A stretch of 64,000 nt of DNA from Candidatus Sungiibacteriota bacterium (GTDB lineage Bacteria > Patescibacteriota > Minisyncoccia > Sungbacterales > SURF-37): positions 82,473 to 146,472 of the forward strand of contig JACPMF010000002.1 in NCBI GenBank assembly GCA_016186145.1, in the 5' to 3' direction. The notes beneath the pieces are model-generated. The model was not told where the DNA came from and did no database searches. It worked only from the letters and a program-made list of their open reading frames with translations. This document shows positions 1 through 9,792 of the stretch, one piece after another; position 1 is the first letter of the stretch, and each line of letters opens with the position of its first letter. A program made the translations under genes and the position numbers.

Positions 1-802
1 CGGTGTAAGTCTTAGACTCACCGGCTTTGACGACAAACGGCTCGTTCAAGATGGCTCGATGATTCGAACCAAGTGTCTTGTTCAAGCCAACTTGTAATCC
101 TTCTGAACCGATAAGCAATACCTTGTCGACTGCGGAATCAGTCGCGAGACCGATTCGCTCGACAGTAATAGATCGTACTGTTACATCTTTTACTCCAGCG
201 GTGAGGGTAACTTTTGTTACCGGAATACGCGTAGCGTTTCCAGGAGCCAAGTTATCACCCGGCTGATCCGGCTTCGTTACTTGAAGCGCATCGCCCGCGA
301 CAGGAGTTACTCCCGGCGTTGTCGGAGTTGTTGGTGTTACCACCGTTCCTCCAACAACTGAATTATACTTTGCGCGCGAAATTGCGCCGAAGTACCCGGC
401 TGTCGGCGAAACACTGTTTGCCGCCTGCCATGCGCTAACCGCTGATCTGGTTATTGAACCAAAATAGCCAGTTGCGCCGCCAGAATATGTGAAGTGACCG
501 GTTGAGGTCAGATAATTCTGCAAGCACGTCACGTCATCCCCGCGAACACCCATGGTGAGGTCGCGAGTAAATGAACATGCACCCGCAGGTGCCGCAGGAG
601 TTGTTCCTCCCACTAACGCCCGTGCAGCAGCAGCCTTATCAGCAGAGATGACTCCCAAGCTGATGAGCTGCTCTACATCCGCAGCGGTGAGGGCTGAAGC
701 TACTTGCGGAATAACCGCGAGAACTCCAGACATCGCAACTGCAGTTGACACAGTAGCAATGGCAATAGCCACTCTCCTATGTTTTGCAATTAATTGAGTC
801 AT
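1..802 (-). CDS. Secreted cell-surface protein with peptidoglycan-binding domain (5' part; runs off the window)
   Basis: Not in the ORF track because it is truncated. Manual translation from ATG at 802 gives MTQLIAKHRRVAIAIATVSTAVAMSGVLAVIPQVASA (signal peptide), then FTRDLTMGVRGDDVTCLQNYL...GYFGSITRSAVSAWQAANSVSPTAGYFGAISR (PG_binding_1-like), a Pro/Thr linker and a beta-rich domain; open to position 1. Confidence 0.85.
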   Translation of the reverse strand, partial: MTQLIAKHRRVAIAIATVSTAVAMSGVLAVIPQVASALTAADVEQLISLGVISADKAAAARALVGGTTPAAPAGACSFTRDLTMGVRGDDVTCLQNYLTSTGHFTYSGGATGYFGSITRSAVSAWQAANSVSPTAGYFGAISRAKYNSVVGGTVVTPTTPTTPGVTPVAGDALQVTKPDQPGDNLAPGNATRIPVTKVTLTAGVKDVTVRSITVERIGLATDSAVDKVLLIGSEGLQVGLNKTLGSNHRAILNEPFVVKAGESKTYT

Positions 803-854
803 AAGCAAATTAACTTTTCTTAATTCCCTGTCGATAAAAAACAAGGAATATAAT

Positions 855-953
855 CATGTGCGTCCCAACCGACTATGTCAGAAGGCTTTGCGCAAAAAGA
901 TAACGATGTCATCGGCGTGAGCAAAGCATAAGACAATATTGGAACCACCCATG
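855..953 (-). promoter_or_regulatory. Long imperfect stem-loop in the 5' leader of the surface-protein gene
   Basis: Nested pairings CATG/CATG, GTTCCAAT/GTTGGGAC, TGTC/GACA, GCTTTGC/GCAAAGC and an apical CGAT-GAC-ATCG. Confidence 0.6.
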
Positions 954-1216
954 AATTTAATAAATTACAACCTGAAAATTTCTTTTCTGAACCAAGCTAC
1001 AAGGCGCGGATAAGATACTAGCAAAGCTAGTAAAACTTTTAACTGATTACTAGTAACGGTGCTAGATCGACCTTTCCGAAACCCTGTTGGTAATACAAAA
1101 AGTATATAACAGTATAGCGTATTAAATTTTCAAGGTTCTTCCCATTTCCCGAATATACCCTCCTCGGCAATCATTTCACCATTGCAAATCGGATTTCAGA
1201 TAATTACTCAACTTTC

Positions 1217-1245
1217 ATTGTAACAGCCTGAAATCTGCCCTGCAA
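1217..1245 (-). promoter_or_regulatory. Sigma70-type promoter for the surface-protein gene (implies a ~400-nt leader)
   Basis: TTGCAG-17 nt-TACAAT on the minus strand. Confidence 0.5.
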
Positions 1246-1253
1246 AAGCTCCC

Positions 1254-1388
1254 TGTGGATAAAAATTACCTTTTGGAATACATCAACAAAGCCAAAAACT
1301 GGCTTTCCAGCGGTTTAATTAGTTATTTTCTCCACATATTCAGTATAAATTTTTGGGCACCCTCTTGCAAACCCAACAATGTGGATAA
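1254..1388. promoter_or_regulatory. Cluster of DnaA-box-like 9-mers
   Basis: TGTGGATAA at 1254-1262 and 1380-1388; TTCTCCACA (1 mismatch) at 1328-1336. Confidence 0.6.
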
Positions 1389-1423
1389 CTCCAAAGGCGC
1401 CGTGTAATCACACTATAAAACAA

Positions 1424-2290
1424 TTACCTTACCTTTTTCAAGTGGGCTTTTAGGCCTTTCTTTACTTCTTCATGCCTAAGCCCAAAATCTACGATTGCCC
1501 GGAGGAACCCAAGCTTATCGCCGCAGTCATACCGTGTCCCTTCTATTTCATAGCCGTATATTGGCATTTTCTTCGCCAGTACACGTTCAAACGCATCGGT
1601 TAAATGAAGCTCTCTCCCTTTTTTCGCTTTTACCTTCGCCAATTCATCAAATATATCCGCGGTAAGAATATATTTTCCTATGATCGCAATATTAGACGGG
1701 GCCTCTTTTGGGGTCGGTTTCTCTACAAGCTTATCGACCAACCATGTTCTCGGTGCAACTTTTTTTCCGGATATAACGCCGTAGCGGTGAACAACGCTTT
1801 TTGGAACGCGCTCTAAAGCAAAAACCGGGCGCTTATATTTTAAAAACACATTAATGAGCTGCCTTAGCGCTGGCTGTCCTTTTGAATAAACGACATCGTC
1901 TCCGTACAAAACGGCAACCGGTTCATTTCCAATTAAATGACGAGCTTGTAGCAAAGCGTCACCATCGCCGAGCGGCCCTTTCTGGCGAACAAAGGCGCAA
2001 TACGCTAAAGAAGAAATAGCTCTTACCTTTTTTGCCATTTCTTTTTTCCCTTGCTTCTCAAGGTGCGCTTCAAGTTCTCCGGCGTGATCAAAGTGATCTT
2101 CAATTGCCCGCTTCCCCTTACCGGTAACAAATATCACCTCTTTGATACCGGAGTCAACCGCCTCTTCAACTAAATATTGAATTACCGGCTTATCAACGAT
2201 GGTAAGCATCTCTTTCGGCTGCGCCTTTGTTGCCGGGAGAAACCGCGTCCCAAGCCCACCTACTGGAATGATAACTTTACGAATTTGCAT
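1424..2290 (-). CDS. galU: UTP--glucose-1-phosphate uridylyltransferase
   Basis: N-terminal IPVGGLGTRFLPATKAQPKEML signature, VEKP motif and YDCGDKLG. Confidence 0.95.
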   Translation of the reverse strand: MQIRKVIIPVGGLGTRFLPATKAQPKEMLTIVDKPVIQYLVEEAVDSGIKEVIFVTGKGKRAIEDHFDHAGELEAHLEKQGKKEMAKKVRAISSLAYCAFVRQKGPLGDGDALLQARHLIGNEPVAVLYGDDVVYSKGQPALRQLINVFLKYKRPVFALERVPKSVVHRYGVISGKKVAPRTWLVDKLVEKPTPKEAPSNIAIIGKYILTADIFDELAKVKAKKGRELHLTDAFERVLAKKMPIYGYEIEGTRYDCGDKLGFLRAIVDFGLRHEEVKKGLKAHLKKVR

Positions 2291-2378
2291 TGCGAATTAT
2301 GAATGCCAAATGCTAAATGCTGAATAAAATCTGAAACAAACCGTATTTCAGCATTCATCATTTATAATTCAGAATTTA
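2291..2378. repeat. Inverted array of degenerate 7-mer repeats filling the junction up to the galU start codon
   Basis: GAATTAT-GAATGCC-AAATGCT-AAATGCT-GAA ... TTCAGCATTCATCATTTATAATTC. Confidence 0.7.
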
Positions 2379-3054
2379 ACTTGTATACCGCCCACCTCTT
2401 GTCCCCCTGCCGTACTATCCTCCTATCCAACATAAGGCGGGCAAGATCCCGCTGTAGAGTCTTAACACTAAACCGATTTGAAAAGATAGTGGTAAGGTCA
2501 TTTATTTTTGCTTCATTGTTAACCCGCAAGTAATCAATAATCGCCGTTTGACGACCATTAACGTCACCGCTTAGGGCTTGCTTGCTTTTGTCTACTGTTG
2601 TTGTTTCTCCTGATCCTATCAAACTCCCCACTGAAGCTCTCTCAATGGTGTCGTTTTGCATGTCGTTTTGAGTTTCATGTCGTTTTAATTCGCTATCTAA
2701 CCTACCCATCTGCCCCCGCTCCTCATTTATGTCATTTTTGGGAACATGCTCTAAATAGGCATCTAAGAAACGACATTCCCGTATAAGCACCTCCGCATTC
2801 ACTTGCTTTATAAGACCGGTACTCCTGGCGATTTCAAGCAAAAGAAGCAGTGAATCAAAAACAACCTTTATGTCGAGGTGTTTCTGATAACCACCGATTC
2901 CTTTACGGCTGGTGCTAATTTGCGCTGTTCGCAAAAGAGCCTCACCGGACTGCTCTCTTAACTGGTGCCGAATCGCTTCGTTCGGATTTATAAGATCAGT
3001 CACCCGGTAAACCGCGAAAACAAAATTAAAAACTTCATTTCTCAACTCTTCCAT
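2362..3054 (-). CDS. Four-helix-bundle-like N-terminal domain plus C-terminal DeoR-like winged HTH
   Basis: FAVYRVTDLI..E.IR.QLR resembles four-helix-bundle (S23/Avd-like) proteins; C-terminal RQTAIIDYL...SVKTLQRDLARL...RQGDKRWAVY is a wHTH. Start moved to ATG 3054. Confidence 0.65.
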   Translation of the reverse strand: MEELRNEVFNFVFAVYRVTDLINPNEAIRHQLREQSGEALLRTAQISTSRKGIGGYQKHLDIKVVFDSLLLLLEIARSTGLIKQVNAEVLIRECRFLDAYLEHVPKNDINEERGQMGRLDSELKRHETQNDMQNDTIERASVGSLIGSGETTTVDKSKQALSGDVNGRQTAIIDYLRVNNEAKINDLTTIFSNRFSVKTLQRDLARLMLDRRIVRQGDKRWAVYKLNSEL

Positions 3055-3153
3055 AATACATTTGCCTAAAAATCCTTTTACAGGATAGACCGGAGCCGCC
3101 GCGTGGTCAAGTTGACCTTCGCCGGTAATAGTTATGTAATCAAGACCGTAACG

Positions 3154-3179
3154 CAAACCGCGCCCATCGGCGCGGTTTG
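3154..3179 (-). terminator. Hairpin downstream of clpB
   Basis: CAAACCGCGCC-CATC-GGCGCGGTTTG. Confidence 0.6.
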
Positions 3180-3209
3180 TAACAACAGTTTTAAGATTTC
3201 AAAACATTT

Positions 3210-5888
3210 TTACAGCGCCGCCACGGCTTCATTTTTAAGCTTTGTCCCCGATCGTTTTGTAATCTTCAAGATAAGCACCTCGCCGTTTTTTAGGTCACAA
3301 AAGACCGAATCGCCTTCTGTCACATAGCCAGAAACAATCCTGGACGCCAGAGGATCAAGAATTAAAGATTGTATGGTCCGCTTCAACGGACGGGCTCCAT
3401 AATGCGGGTTGTAACCCTTTTCCGAAAGAAAAACCCGAAGGCCGTCGCTGAAACCGACGGTGATTCGTTTCCGTGCCATCCGTTCGCAAACCTTGGTAAG
3501 CTGAATATCAACAATTTTACGGATGGTTTCATGAGAAAGCGAATTAAAAATAACAATTTCATCGATCCTGTTCAAGAACTCCGGCCGAAAACTCCGTTCG
3601 AGGGCCTTCTCAATCTTTTCTTTCAGATCCCCGTCATTCGTTTCCTTCCCCGCGTCATTCTCTGCGGTAAACCCAAATCGTCCTAATTCCCTCACCAGCT
3701 CGCTGCCAATATTTGACGTCATGATAATAATGGTATTCTTGAAATTAACAATCCTCCCCTTCGCATCAGTCAAACGACCGTTATCTAAAATCTGAAGCAA
3801 AACGTTAAAAATTTCCGGATGCGCTTTCTCAATTTCGTCGAAGAGAACAACCGAGTACGGACGATGCTTAACAAGTTCGGTTAACTGCCCCCCCTCTTCA
3901 TAACCGACATAACCGGGCGGCGAGCCGATAAATTTAGAAACGGTATGCCGTTCCATGTATTCCGACATATCAACGCGAATCAGGGACTTTTCGTCCGAAA
4001 ATAGAAATTCGGCAAGAGTCTTTGCAAGCTCTGTTTTACCGACCCCGGTCGGACCGAGAAAAATGAAAGATGCTATCGGCCGATCCTCGTCTTGAATGCC
4101 GGCACGCGAACGACGAACCGCATTCGCCACCTTACTGATCGCTTCATCCTGACCCTTCACCCGAAGAGACAACACCGACTCAAGCCGTGACAACTTTTCG
4201 CCTTCCGCCTCAAGCATTTTAGTAACAGGGATTCCGGTCCAACGGCTTACTACGGCGGCAATATCTTCCTCATCAACCTCCTCTTTTAGCATTTTCCGCC
4301 TGCTTTGCAAGCGTCGAAGCCTTGTTTCTGCGTCAAGAAGTTTCTTTTCGGCAAGAGGAATTTTCCCGTTTCTGACCTCGGCAACGGCCCCAAAATCACC
4401 CTCTCTCCATTTTCGCTCTGCTTCCTGGCGCATATCGTCGATTTCTTTCTTTATAGTCCGTATTTCCGAAATCGTTGTTTTTTCACGAAGCCACTTTTCT
4501 TCGAGCTTTTTGATACGCGCTCTTTGGCTTTCGACGCGCTTGGAAAGAACCGATGCGGCATGCGAATCGCCCTTTTTGGAGGCATTCTTGACGGTCACAA
4601 GCTCCAACTCCATTTTCATCAACTCCCGCTTTTCCTGATCGAGATCTTTCGGCAACGAGTCAATTTCAAGGCGGATTGAAGAAGCCGCTTCATCCATTAA
4701 ATCGACTGCCTTGTCCGGAAGAAACCGATCGGTGATGTAACGGCTGGAAAGCTCTGCTGCAGCGGCGAGCGCCTTATCGCTGATTCTTATGCCGTGATGC
4801 AGTTCGTATTTATGTTTCAACCCGCGGAGGATAGAAACAGTGTCTTCAAAGGACGGTTCCTCTACATAGACCGGTTGGAATCTCCGAGCAAGCGCTCCGT
4901 CTTTTTCAATATATTTGTGATACTCTTTCAGTGTTGTAGCGCCAATCGCCCGCAGTTCTCCCCTTGCAAGAGCCGGCTTCAGCATGTTCGATGCGTCAAT
5001 TGCGCCCTCTGCGGCACCCGCTCCCACAATCATGTGCAATTCATCAATAAAGATGATGTATTTCCCTTGAGACCGGTCAAGTTCCCGCAGGATTGCTTTA
5101 AGACGGTCCTCAAACTCCCCGCGGTATTTTGTCCCCGCAACAATCGACCCGATATCAATTGAGATAAGCTCTTTTTCTTTTAGCGTTTCCGGCACTTCGC
5201 CCCGGACAATACGCTCGGCAAGGCCCTCTGCAATAGCAGTCTTTCCGACCCCCGCCTCGCCGATAAGAACAGGGTTATTTTTTGTTCTCCGGCTCAAAAC
5301 CTGCATTACCCGCCTGATTTCATCGTCGCGGCCGATGACCGGATCCAATTTTTCTTCGCGCGCGAGTTTTGTAAGATTTCGCGCGTATTTTTCAAGCACA
5401 TTGTACTTTGTTTCCGGTTCAGGATCGGTTATTCGCTCTGCTCCGCGAAGCCCGGCAAGAACCTTCAGAACATTTTCGTGAGTAACCCGCGCTTTTTGTA
5501 AAATATCCCGCGCCCGACTCGGCACTTCGGAGAGCGCAAGAAGAAGATGCTCTGTTGAGATAAATTCATCTTTCATCTGGCTCGCCTCACGATGGGCCTG
5601 CTCCATAATCTTCCCAAGATCCTGCGAAAGATACAGCGTTCCGACGGACGGAAAAGATGCCGCTCCTCTTGGAAGCTTATCGAGGATACCTAAAAGCTCA
5701 TCGGCAAGGCCGGAAACATTGATTTCAAGCTTTTCTAAGATCGATTCAACAATTCCTTCCTCCTGAAGAACAAGCGCCGAAAGCAAATGAACCGGCTCAA
5801 TTTGCTGGTGCGAGCGCTCCAATGCCAAATCATGAGCTTTTTTGAGCACTTCCTGGGCTTTAACAGTAAAGTTGTTGAATGGAGTCAT
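3210..5888 (-). CDS. clpB: ATP-dependent chaperone ClpB
   Basis: Clp N-domain, two AAA+ modules ([16 protein letters not shown]), coiled-coil middle domain, GSPPGYVGY pore loop. Confidence 0.95.
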   Translation of the reverse strand: MTPFNNFTVKAQEVLKKAHDLALERSHQQIEPVHLLSALVLQEEGIVESILEKLEINVSGLADELLGILDKLPRGAASFPSVGTLYLSQDLGKIMEQAHREASQMKDEFISTEHLLLALSEVPSRARDILQKARVTHENVLKVLAGLRGAERITDPEPETKYNVLEKYARNLTKLAREEKLDPVIGRDDEIRRVMQVLSRRTKNNPVLIGEAGVGKTAIAEGLAERIVRGEVPETLKEKELISIDIGSIVAGTKYRGEFEDRLKAILRELDRSQGKYIIFIDELHMIVGAGAAEGAIDASNMLKPALARGELRAIGATTLKEYHKYIEKDGALARRFQPVYVEEPSFEDTVSILRGLKHKYELHHGIRISDKALAAAAELSSRYITDRFLPDKAVDLMDEAASSIRLEIDSLPKDLDQEKRELMKMELELVTVKNASKKGDSHAASVLSKRVESQRARIKKLEEKWLREKTTISEIRTIKKEIDDMRQEAERKWREGDFGAVAEVRNGKIPLAEKKLLDAETRLRRLQSRRKMLKEEVDEEDIAAVVSRWTGIPVTKMLEAEGEKLSRLESVLSLRVKGQDEAISKVANAVRRSRAGIQDEDRPIASFIFLGPTGVGKTELAKTLAEFLFSDEKSLIRVDMSEYMERHTVSKFIGSPPGYVGYEEGGQLTELVKHRPYSVVLFDEIEKAHPEIFNVLLQILDNGRLTDAKGRIVNFKNTIIIMTSNIGSELVRELGRFGFTAENDAGKETNDGDLKEKIEKALERSFRPEFLNRIDEIVIFNSLSHETIRKIVDIQLTKVCERMARKRITVGFSDGLRVFLSEKGYNPHYGARPLKRTIQSLILDPLASRIVSGYVTEGDSVFCDLKNGEVLILKITKRSGTKLKNEAVAAL

Positions 5889-6088
5889 GCGAATTTTATT
5901 TGAATTTACGAACGAAGCGAGTAAATGAAACTATAAAATTCAGCACCCTGTTAAATAATTCCGCTGAGGGCGGAATTCCCCACCCAAATAAAGTCTACGA
6001 CTTTATTTGGGTGGGGATTTAACAGGGTAAAGGTTTGGCAGCTACGATTTCTGCGCCTTTGGCTTGAAATCGCAGGCCAAGCCCTTTA
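5886..6088 (-). repeat. Three-domain nested-hairpin element, copy 1 (clpB 5' UTR)
   Basis: Sense strand: TAAAGGGCTTGGC..GCCAAACCTTTA, CCCTGTTAAAT..ATTTAACAGGG, TGCTGAATTTTAT..ATAAAATTCGC-ATG. Confidence 0.9.
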
Positions 6089-6112
6089 GCAGTCATACAT
6101 CTACACTGCTAA
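6086..6112. promoter_or_regulatory. CIRCE-like operator (HrcA site) upstream of clpB
   Basis: TTAGCAGTC-N9-CACTGCTAA versus consensus TTAGCACTC-N9-GAGTGCTAA. It lies directly downstream of a minus-strand TTGCAA-16-TATAAT promoter (-10 at 6112-6117). Confidence 0.8.
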
Positions 6113-6246
6113 TTATAGTACTTTCCATCTTATTTGCAAGGTTTTATTCTTGTGGAGAAACAAATAAAAAACGGCGTGGCAAGATTGTTCTCGCACACGC
6201 CTTTACCAAAAACCTCGTTTTGTTTGCAAACCCTCCCAAAAGAGCT

Positions 6247-7479
6247 TTATTTCCGCTCTTCCAATACGATTTTTAGCTCGGTTTCCTTTCCATCGCGAAA
6301 TACCACCAACATCACTGCTTCGCCAACATTATATTTCAGCATGTGGCTCGAAAGAGGCGTTTTGGAACCAACCCTTTCACCGTTGATTTTCAAAATTATG
6401 TCTCCTTCCCGAAGCCCTGCCTTCTCCGCTGGAGACGCCGGAACAACACCGGGGCCCTCGCTTGTTTTCAAAACCAAAGCCCCGTAATCAACTAAAAGGC
6501 CTTTGGACTCCTTAACCTCTTCAGTCACCGTAATGTAGCGGACGCCAACAAAAGGATACACAATCCGATTTACCGCCTTTACACTTTCGATATCGCGTTT
6601 CGCCTTATTTATTTTTATACCAAACCCTATGTTTTCCGCTCCGCGGGCAACCGCGGTCGTAAGACCGATCACCTCGCCCCGCAAATTCAAAAGCGGACCG
6701 CCGGAGTTTCCCGGATTCACCGCGGCATCGGTCTGAATAAGCTCCTGTAAAGATTCAGACCCTGTAGGACCTTCAGCGATAATAGAACGATCAAGACCGG
6801 AAACAATCCCTACGGAAACGCTATTCTGAAATTCTCCCAGAGCATTGCCGATCGCAATAACGGTCTGGCCGGTTTGGATGCCATCCGAGTTTCCTAAAAG
6901 AAGCGGGGTTAAACCGGATAATGGCGGAGTAACTTTTAAAACAGCCAAATCAAAAAAGGGGTCGCGGCCAAGGATCTTAGCCGGAAGTTTTGTGCCGTCG
7001 CTTAAAATAACCGTGTAGTCGGCGCTTTCGTCAGAAACCACGTGTTTGTTGGTAATAATAAGGCCGTCTGCCGACACAACAAAACCGGAGCCGCGCGAGA
7101 CATCTTGCCGCTCCGTCCCCTTTTGCCGGAATTGCGGAACACGGAACTCCTCTCCGAAAAATTGCCGGAAGAACGGATCGCCGCCGAACGGGTCCACAAA
7201 AAACTGCTCAACCACCGGAACATCTTTAGTGGCAACAACACTGACAACTCCGGGTGAAGCAAGTTTTACAACAGCAACAACTAATTCGTCCTGCCGCAAA
7301 ATCTTCTCATTAATTTCCCGCTGAATTTCCTTTTGCGGTTGTTCAATAATACGCTCAACAATAGATGCCGGACCCTTGCTGGTGATATAAAAAACCGTCC
7401 CGAGAGATGTTACGACAGAAACAACAACGGCGACTAACAATACTAAAATTACAATTTGCTTTTTTGTTAAATTATCCAT
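6247..7479 (-). CDS. degP: HtrA/DegP-family membrane-anchored serine protease with PDZ domain
   Basis: N-terminal TM, TNKHVV, DLAVLK, IQTDAAVNPGNSGGPL and a C-terminal PDZ. Confidence 0.92.
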   Translation of the reverse strand: MDNLTKKQIVILVLLVAVVVSVVTSLGTVFYITSKGPASIVERIIEQPQKEIQREINEKILRQDELVVAVVKLASPGVVSVVATKDVPVVEQFFVDPFGGDPFFRQFFGEEFRVPQFRQKGTERQDVSRGSGFVVSADGLIITNKHVVSDESADYTVILSDGTKLPAKILGRDPFFDLAVLKVTPPLSGLTPLLLGNSDGIQTGQTVIAIGNALGEFQNSVSVGIVSGLDRSIIAEGPTGSESLQELIQTDAAVNPGNSGGPLLNLRGEVIGLTTAVARGAENIGFGIKINKAKRDIESVKAVNRIVYPFVGVRYITVTEEVKESKGLLVDYGALVLKTSEGPGVVPASPAEKAGLREGDIILKINGERVGSKTPLSSHMLKYNVGEAVMLVVFRDGKETELKIVLEERK

Positions 7480-7597
7480 AGTTACATACGCATTATAAAT
7501 GAAAAAACAGCAAAATCAAAAATAAAAATTCCTCATATGGTAAAAAGAAAGCCGCCCGTGGAAGATCCTCTTTTGGGCGGCACTGTTATAAATACTA

Positions 7598-7867
7598 TTA
7601 ACGTGTTGCGGCGTGAGCGCTATTGACCCATGTGGCAATTTGCATTGCCCACTGCATGCTACGCTGTCTATCGCTCAAAATAGCAGTATGCATGCCACAC
7701 ACAACTTCTTGAAGCACGGACAAGAGCAAATTCCCTTGAGCCAAATCCAGTTGCGCGTAAGGGACGATGCCCGTAAACACGTGGTTTAGGAAACGCCACC
7801 TTTCCCGTTGTTCATCAAAGTTCACAGGCCTCATTACCACTTTGACAAGTTCACGCGCTGAACCCAT
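7598..7867 (-). CDS. Hypothetical protein (ORFan cassette)
   Basis: SD AGGAGG before the ATG, TTGACA-17-TACTGT promoter (7943-7915) and a GCCGCCC/GGGCGGC terminator hairpin at 7551-7581. Confidence 0.55.
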   Translation of the reverse strand: MGSARELVKVVMRPVNFDEQRERWRFLNHVFTGIVPYAQLDLAQGNLLLSVLQEVVCGMHTAILSDRQRSMQWAMQIATWVNSAHAATR

Positions 7868-7920
7868 ATTAATCCTCCTGCCAGTGATTCACTTACGAAA
7901 TATACTGTACAATTACAGTA

Positions 7921-8139
7921 TCACACCGCCTCAACACTGTCAACACCTTTAACTTTTGATTTCAGCAAATCTTCTATTCCGGCTTTCAGCGTCAACTGCG
8001 AAAGCGGACACCCCTGGCATGTCCCAAGCAGACGAACATATACAACACCTTTTTCAAACTTAACAAACTCAATATTGCCGCGGTGCAACGCGAGCATCGG
8101 CCGGACTTCTTCAAGGATTTTTTCTATTTGCTGCTCCAT
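7921..8139 (-). CDS. NifU C-terminal/NfuA-like Fe-S carrier
   Basis: VRPMLALHRGNIE...LLGTCQGCPLSQLTLKAGIE (Nfu domain CxxC). Confidence 0.9.
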   Translation of the reverse strand: MEQQIEKILEEVRPMLALHRGNIEFVKFEKGVVYVRLLGTCQGCPLSQLTLKAGIEDLLKSKVKGVDSVEAV

Positions 8140-8355
8140 TTACATCAATAAAACGTCTCTAAACCGCGTGAGCAGGAGCATGGCAATAATCCCCCATGCA
8201 ATACTAAACAACAATACTATTCTCCCTTCCTTTTTGAAATCCGGCTCGAAAAGCATGAAAAGCCCGAGAACCAGCCCGGAAAAAACCGGATTAAGAATAG
8301 CAATAATCACCGCGAGAAAGAAAAACCGATTTTTACGAATTGATGCGCGTTCCAT
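8140..8355 (-). CDS. Small two-TM membrane protein
   Basis: Two hydrophobic segments; abuts sod and the Nfu gene. Confidence 0.7.
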   Translation of the reverse strand: MERASIRKNRFFFLAVIIAILNPVFSGLVLGLFMLFEPDFKKEGRIVLLFSIAWGIIAMLLLTRFRDVLLM

Positions 8356-8357
8356 TT

Positions 8358-8963
8358 TTAGTAACTACCCGTAAAACGTCTACCTGCTTCATCCCAATCG
8401 ACCGCCTTAAAAAACGCTTCAATATAATCAACCCGCTTCAAGCCGTAATCAATCATATAGGCGTGCTCAAAGACATCAAGGACAAGAAGAATCTTACATC
8501 CGGCGAGATGGCCAAGATCATGTTCGTTGACCCAAACATTAAACAGCCGTTCGGCCCCGGGATCATAGTAAAGAATCGTCCATCCGATCCCACGCATCGT
8601 ACCCGTACCTTTAAAATCTTTCTCCCACGCTTCATAGCTTCCGAAGTCAGCAACGATTTTTTTATGGAGTGCGGAGTCATGGTCGGATGCCGCGCCTCCG
8701 CTGTTCATATTCCCAAAATACAATTCATGCAACCGCATGCCGTTAAACTCCCACCCAAGACGGCGTTTTAACTCGGTGTACTCCGGCGTTCCAATCTTCC
8801 CACCCTCCGCCATTTCACGAAGAGCATCGGCTAACTTGTTAGTATTAGAAACATACCCCTGATAAAGCGTGAAATGATTTTTCAACAGCTGATCGCTAAA
8901 ACCGGGGGTGCCGAGAAGATGGTCGTAGTTTTTGGGACTATAAATCATGAATTTATTCATCAT
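8358..8963 (-). CDS. sod: Fe/Mn superoxide dismutase (ChrC-like subtype)
   Basis: Metal ligands in NHFTLY, LHELYF and LDVFEHAY; RRLGWEFNG motif. Confidence 0.9.
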   Translation of the reverse strand: MMNKFMIYSPKNYDHLLGTPGFSDQLLKNHFTLYQGYVSNTNKLADALREMAEGGKIGTPEYTELKRRLGWEFNGMRLHELYFGNMNSGGAASDHDSALHKKIVADFGSYEAWEKDFKGTGTMRGIGWTILYYDPGAERLFNVWVNEHDLGHLAGCKILLVLDVFEHAYMIDYGLKRVDYIEAFFKAVDWDEAGRRFTGSY

Positions 8964-9046
8964 CGAATTACGAATCTTCTACGAATTTGCGAATAATGCA
9001 CATCCTATTGAAACAATTCGTATATTCGCAACCGATTCGTAATTCG
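8964..9046. repeat. Inverted array of (A)CGAAT repeats filling the ferredoxin-sod junction
   Basis: CGAATTACGAATCTTCTACGAATTTGCGAAT ... ATTCGTATATTCGCAACCGATTCGTAATTCG. Confidence 0.75.
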
Positions 9047-9052
9047 TTGATA

Positions 9053-9301
9053 TCACGGATATATTTGGTTTCCCTCTTCATCAAACACTAAAATCGCCTG
9101 CGTGGGACATGATTTGGCAGCAAGAAGAATCGTCTCGTCATCAGCGCCTTTATCGTTATAGACCACCGCTTTATTTTCGGAATCAAGTTCGAAAACGCCG
9201 GGCGCAACGGCAATACAAGACGCAGCGCCAATACAAAGATTGCGGTCAACCACAATTTTACCGATTTTTAACTTCTTTTCGGACGACAACTCATTCTCCA
9301 T
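9053..9301 (-). CDS. Monocluster ferredoxin, probably [3Fe-4S]
   Basis: CIGAASC...AP..F...CPTQAI (CxxAxxC...CP). Confidence 0.9.
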   Translation of the reverse strand: MENELSSEKKLKIGKIVVDRNLCIGAASCIAVAPGVFELDSENKAVVYNDKGADDETILLAAKSCPTQAILVFDEEGNQIYP

Positions 9302-9312
9302 AGAATTCCATT

Positions 9313-9573
9313 TTATCTGTCCCCTCGCCGTTCGAGCATTGGGCCCTTTAAATCTAACTCAAGCCTTCGCAGTTCGTCCTCTTCGGCTGGCGGAAGAACA
9401 CCGCCGTGTTCAGCCTTTTTGGATTCAAGCTCTTTCATTCGTTCCTCAAATGGTACAACACTTTCTCCTATCACTCGACCGCGCCGTCTCTTTGCAATCA
9501 TTTCATCGATCTCTGAAAGAGATTTCTGTGGTTTAACTTCTCTTTCCCCAAATCTCGCTTTTTCTTTATCCAT
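9313..9573 (-). CDS. Hypothetical charged protein
   Basis: ATG start; co-oriented within the Fe-S cluster. Confidence 0.55.
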   Translation of the reverse strand: MDKEKARFGEREVKPQKSLSEIDEMIAKRRRGRVIGESVVPFEERMKELESKKAEHGGVLPPAEEDELRRLELDLKGPMLERRGDR

Positions 9574-9582
9574 AATATTTTT

Positions 9583-9792
9583 TTCAATATTTGTCTAAAT
9601 TTTCAATCCAGTGGAGCAGAAAATTTAGCAACAAATATTGAACCCCGCACAAATTTTGCCCCTAGCAGCATAGTCTTACTTAATTTAGTAAAATTCGTCT
9701 ACTCTTTTACCGCGAAGCGCGCGAGCGAATAGCTCTTCCCTCTATGGGCGCAGCGCTTCGCCTAGAGATTGTCTCGCAAAATTTGTGCTGGG
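9583..9792. repeat. Two adjacent palindromic elements (hairpin 9583-9642; TIR element 9643-9792)
   Basis: TTCAATATTTGT-CTAAATTTTC..GAAAATTTAG-CA-ACAAATATTGAA, then CCCCGCACAAATTTTGC..GCAAAATTTGTGCTGGG. Confidence 0.75.

Noticed and set aside
1254-1390. Replication origin (oriC)
   Set aside because: Only three boxes, no adjacent dnaA/dnaN and no clear DUE or DnaA-trio array; better read as promoter-associated. Genome-wide GC skew would be needed.
2362-3054. Diversity-generating retroelement accessory protein (Avd)
   Set aside because: Only a four-helix-bundle resemblance. There is no reverse transcriptase, and the near-identical repeat pair at 40818/41098 differs by a deletion, not by adenine-specific substitutions.
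5886-6088. Known RNA thermometer or riboswitch in the clpB leader
   Set aside because: No ROSE or fourU motif and no SD to occlude; the same element precedes non-heat-shock genes and a tRNA; heat regulation is already explained by CIRCE.
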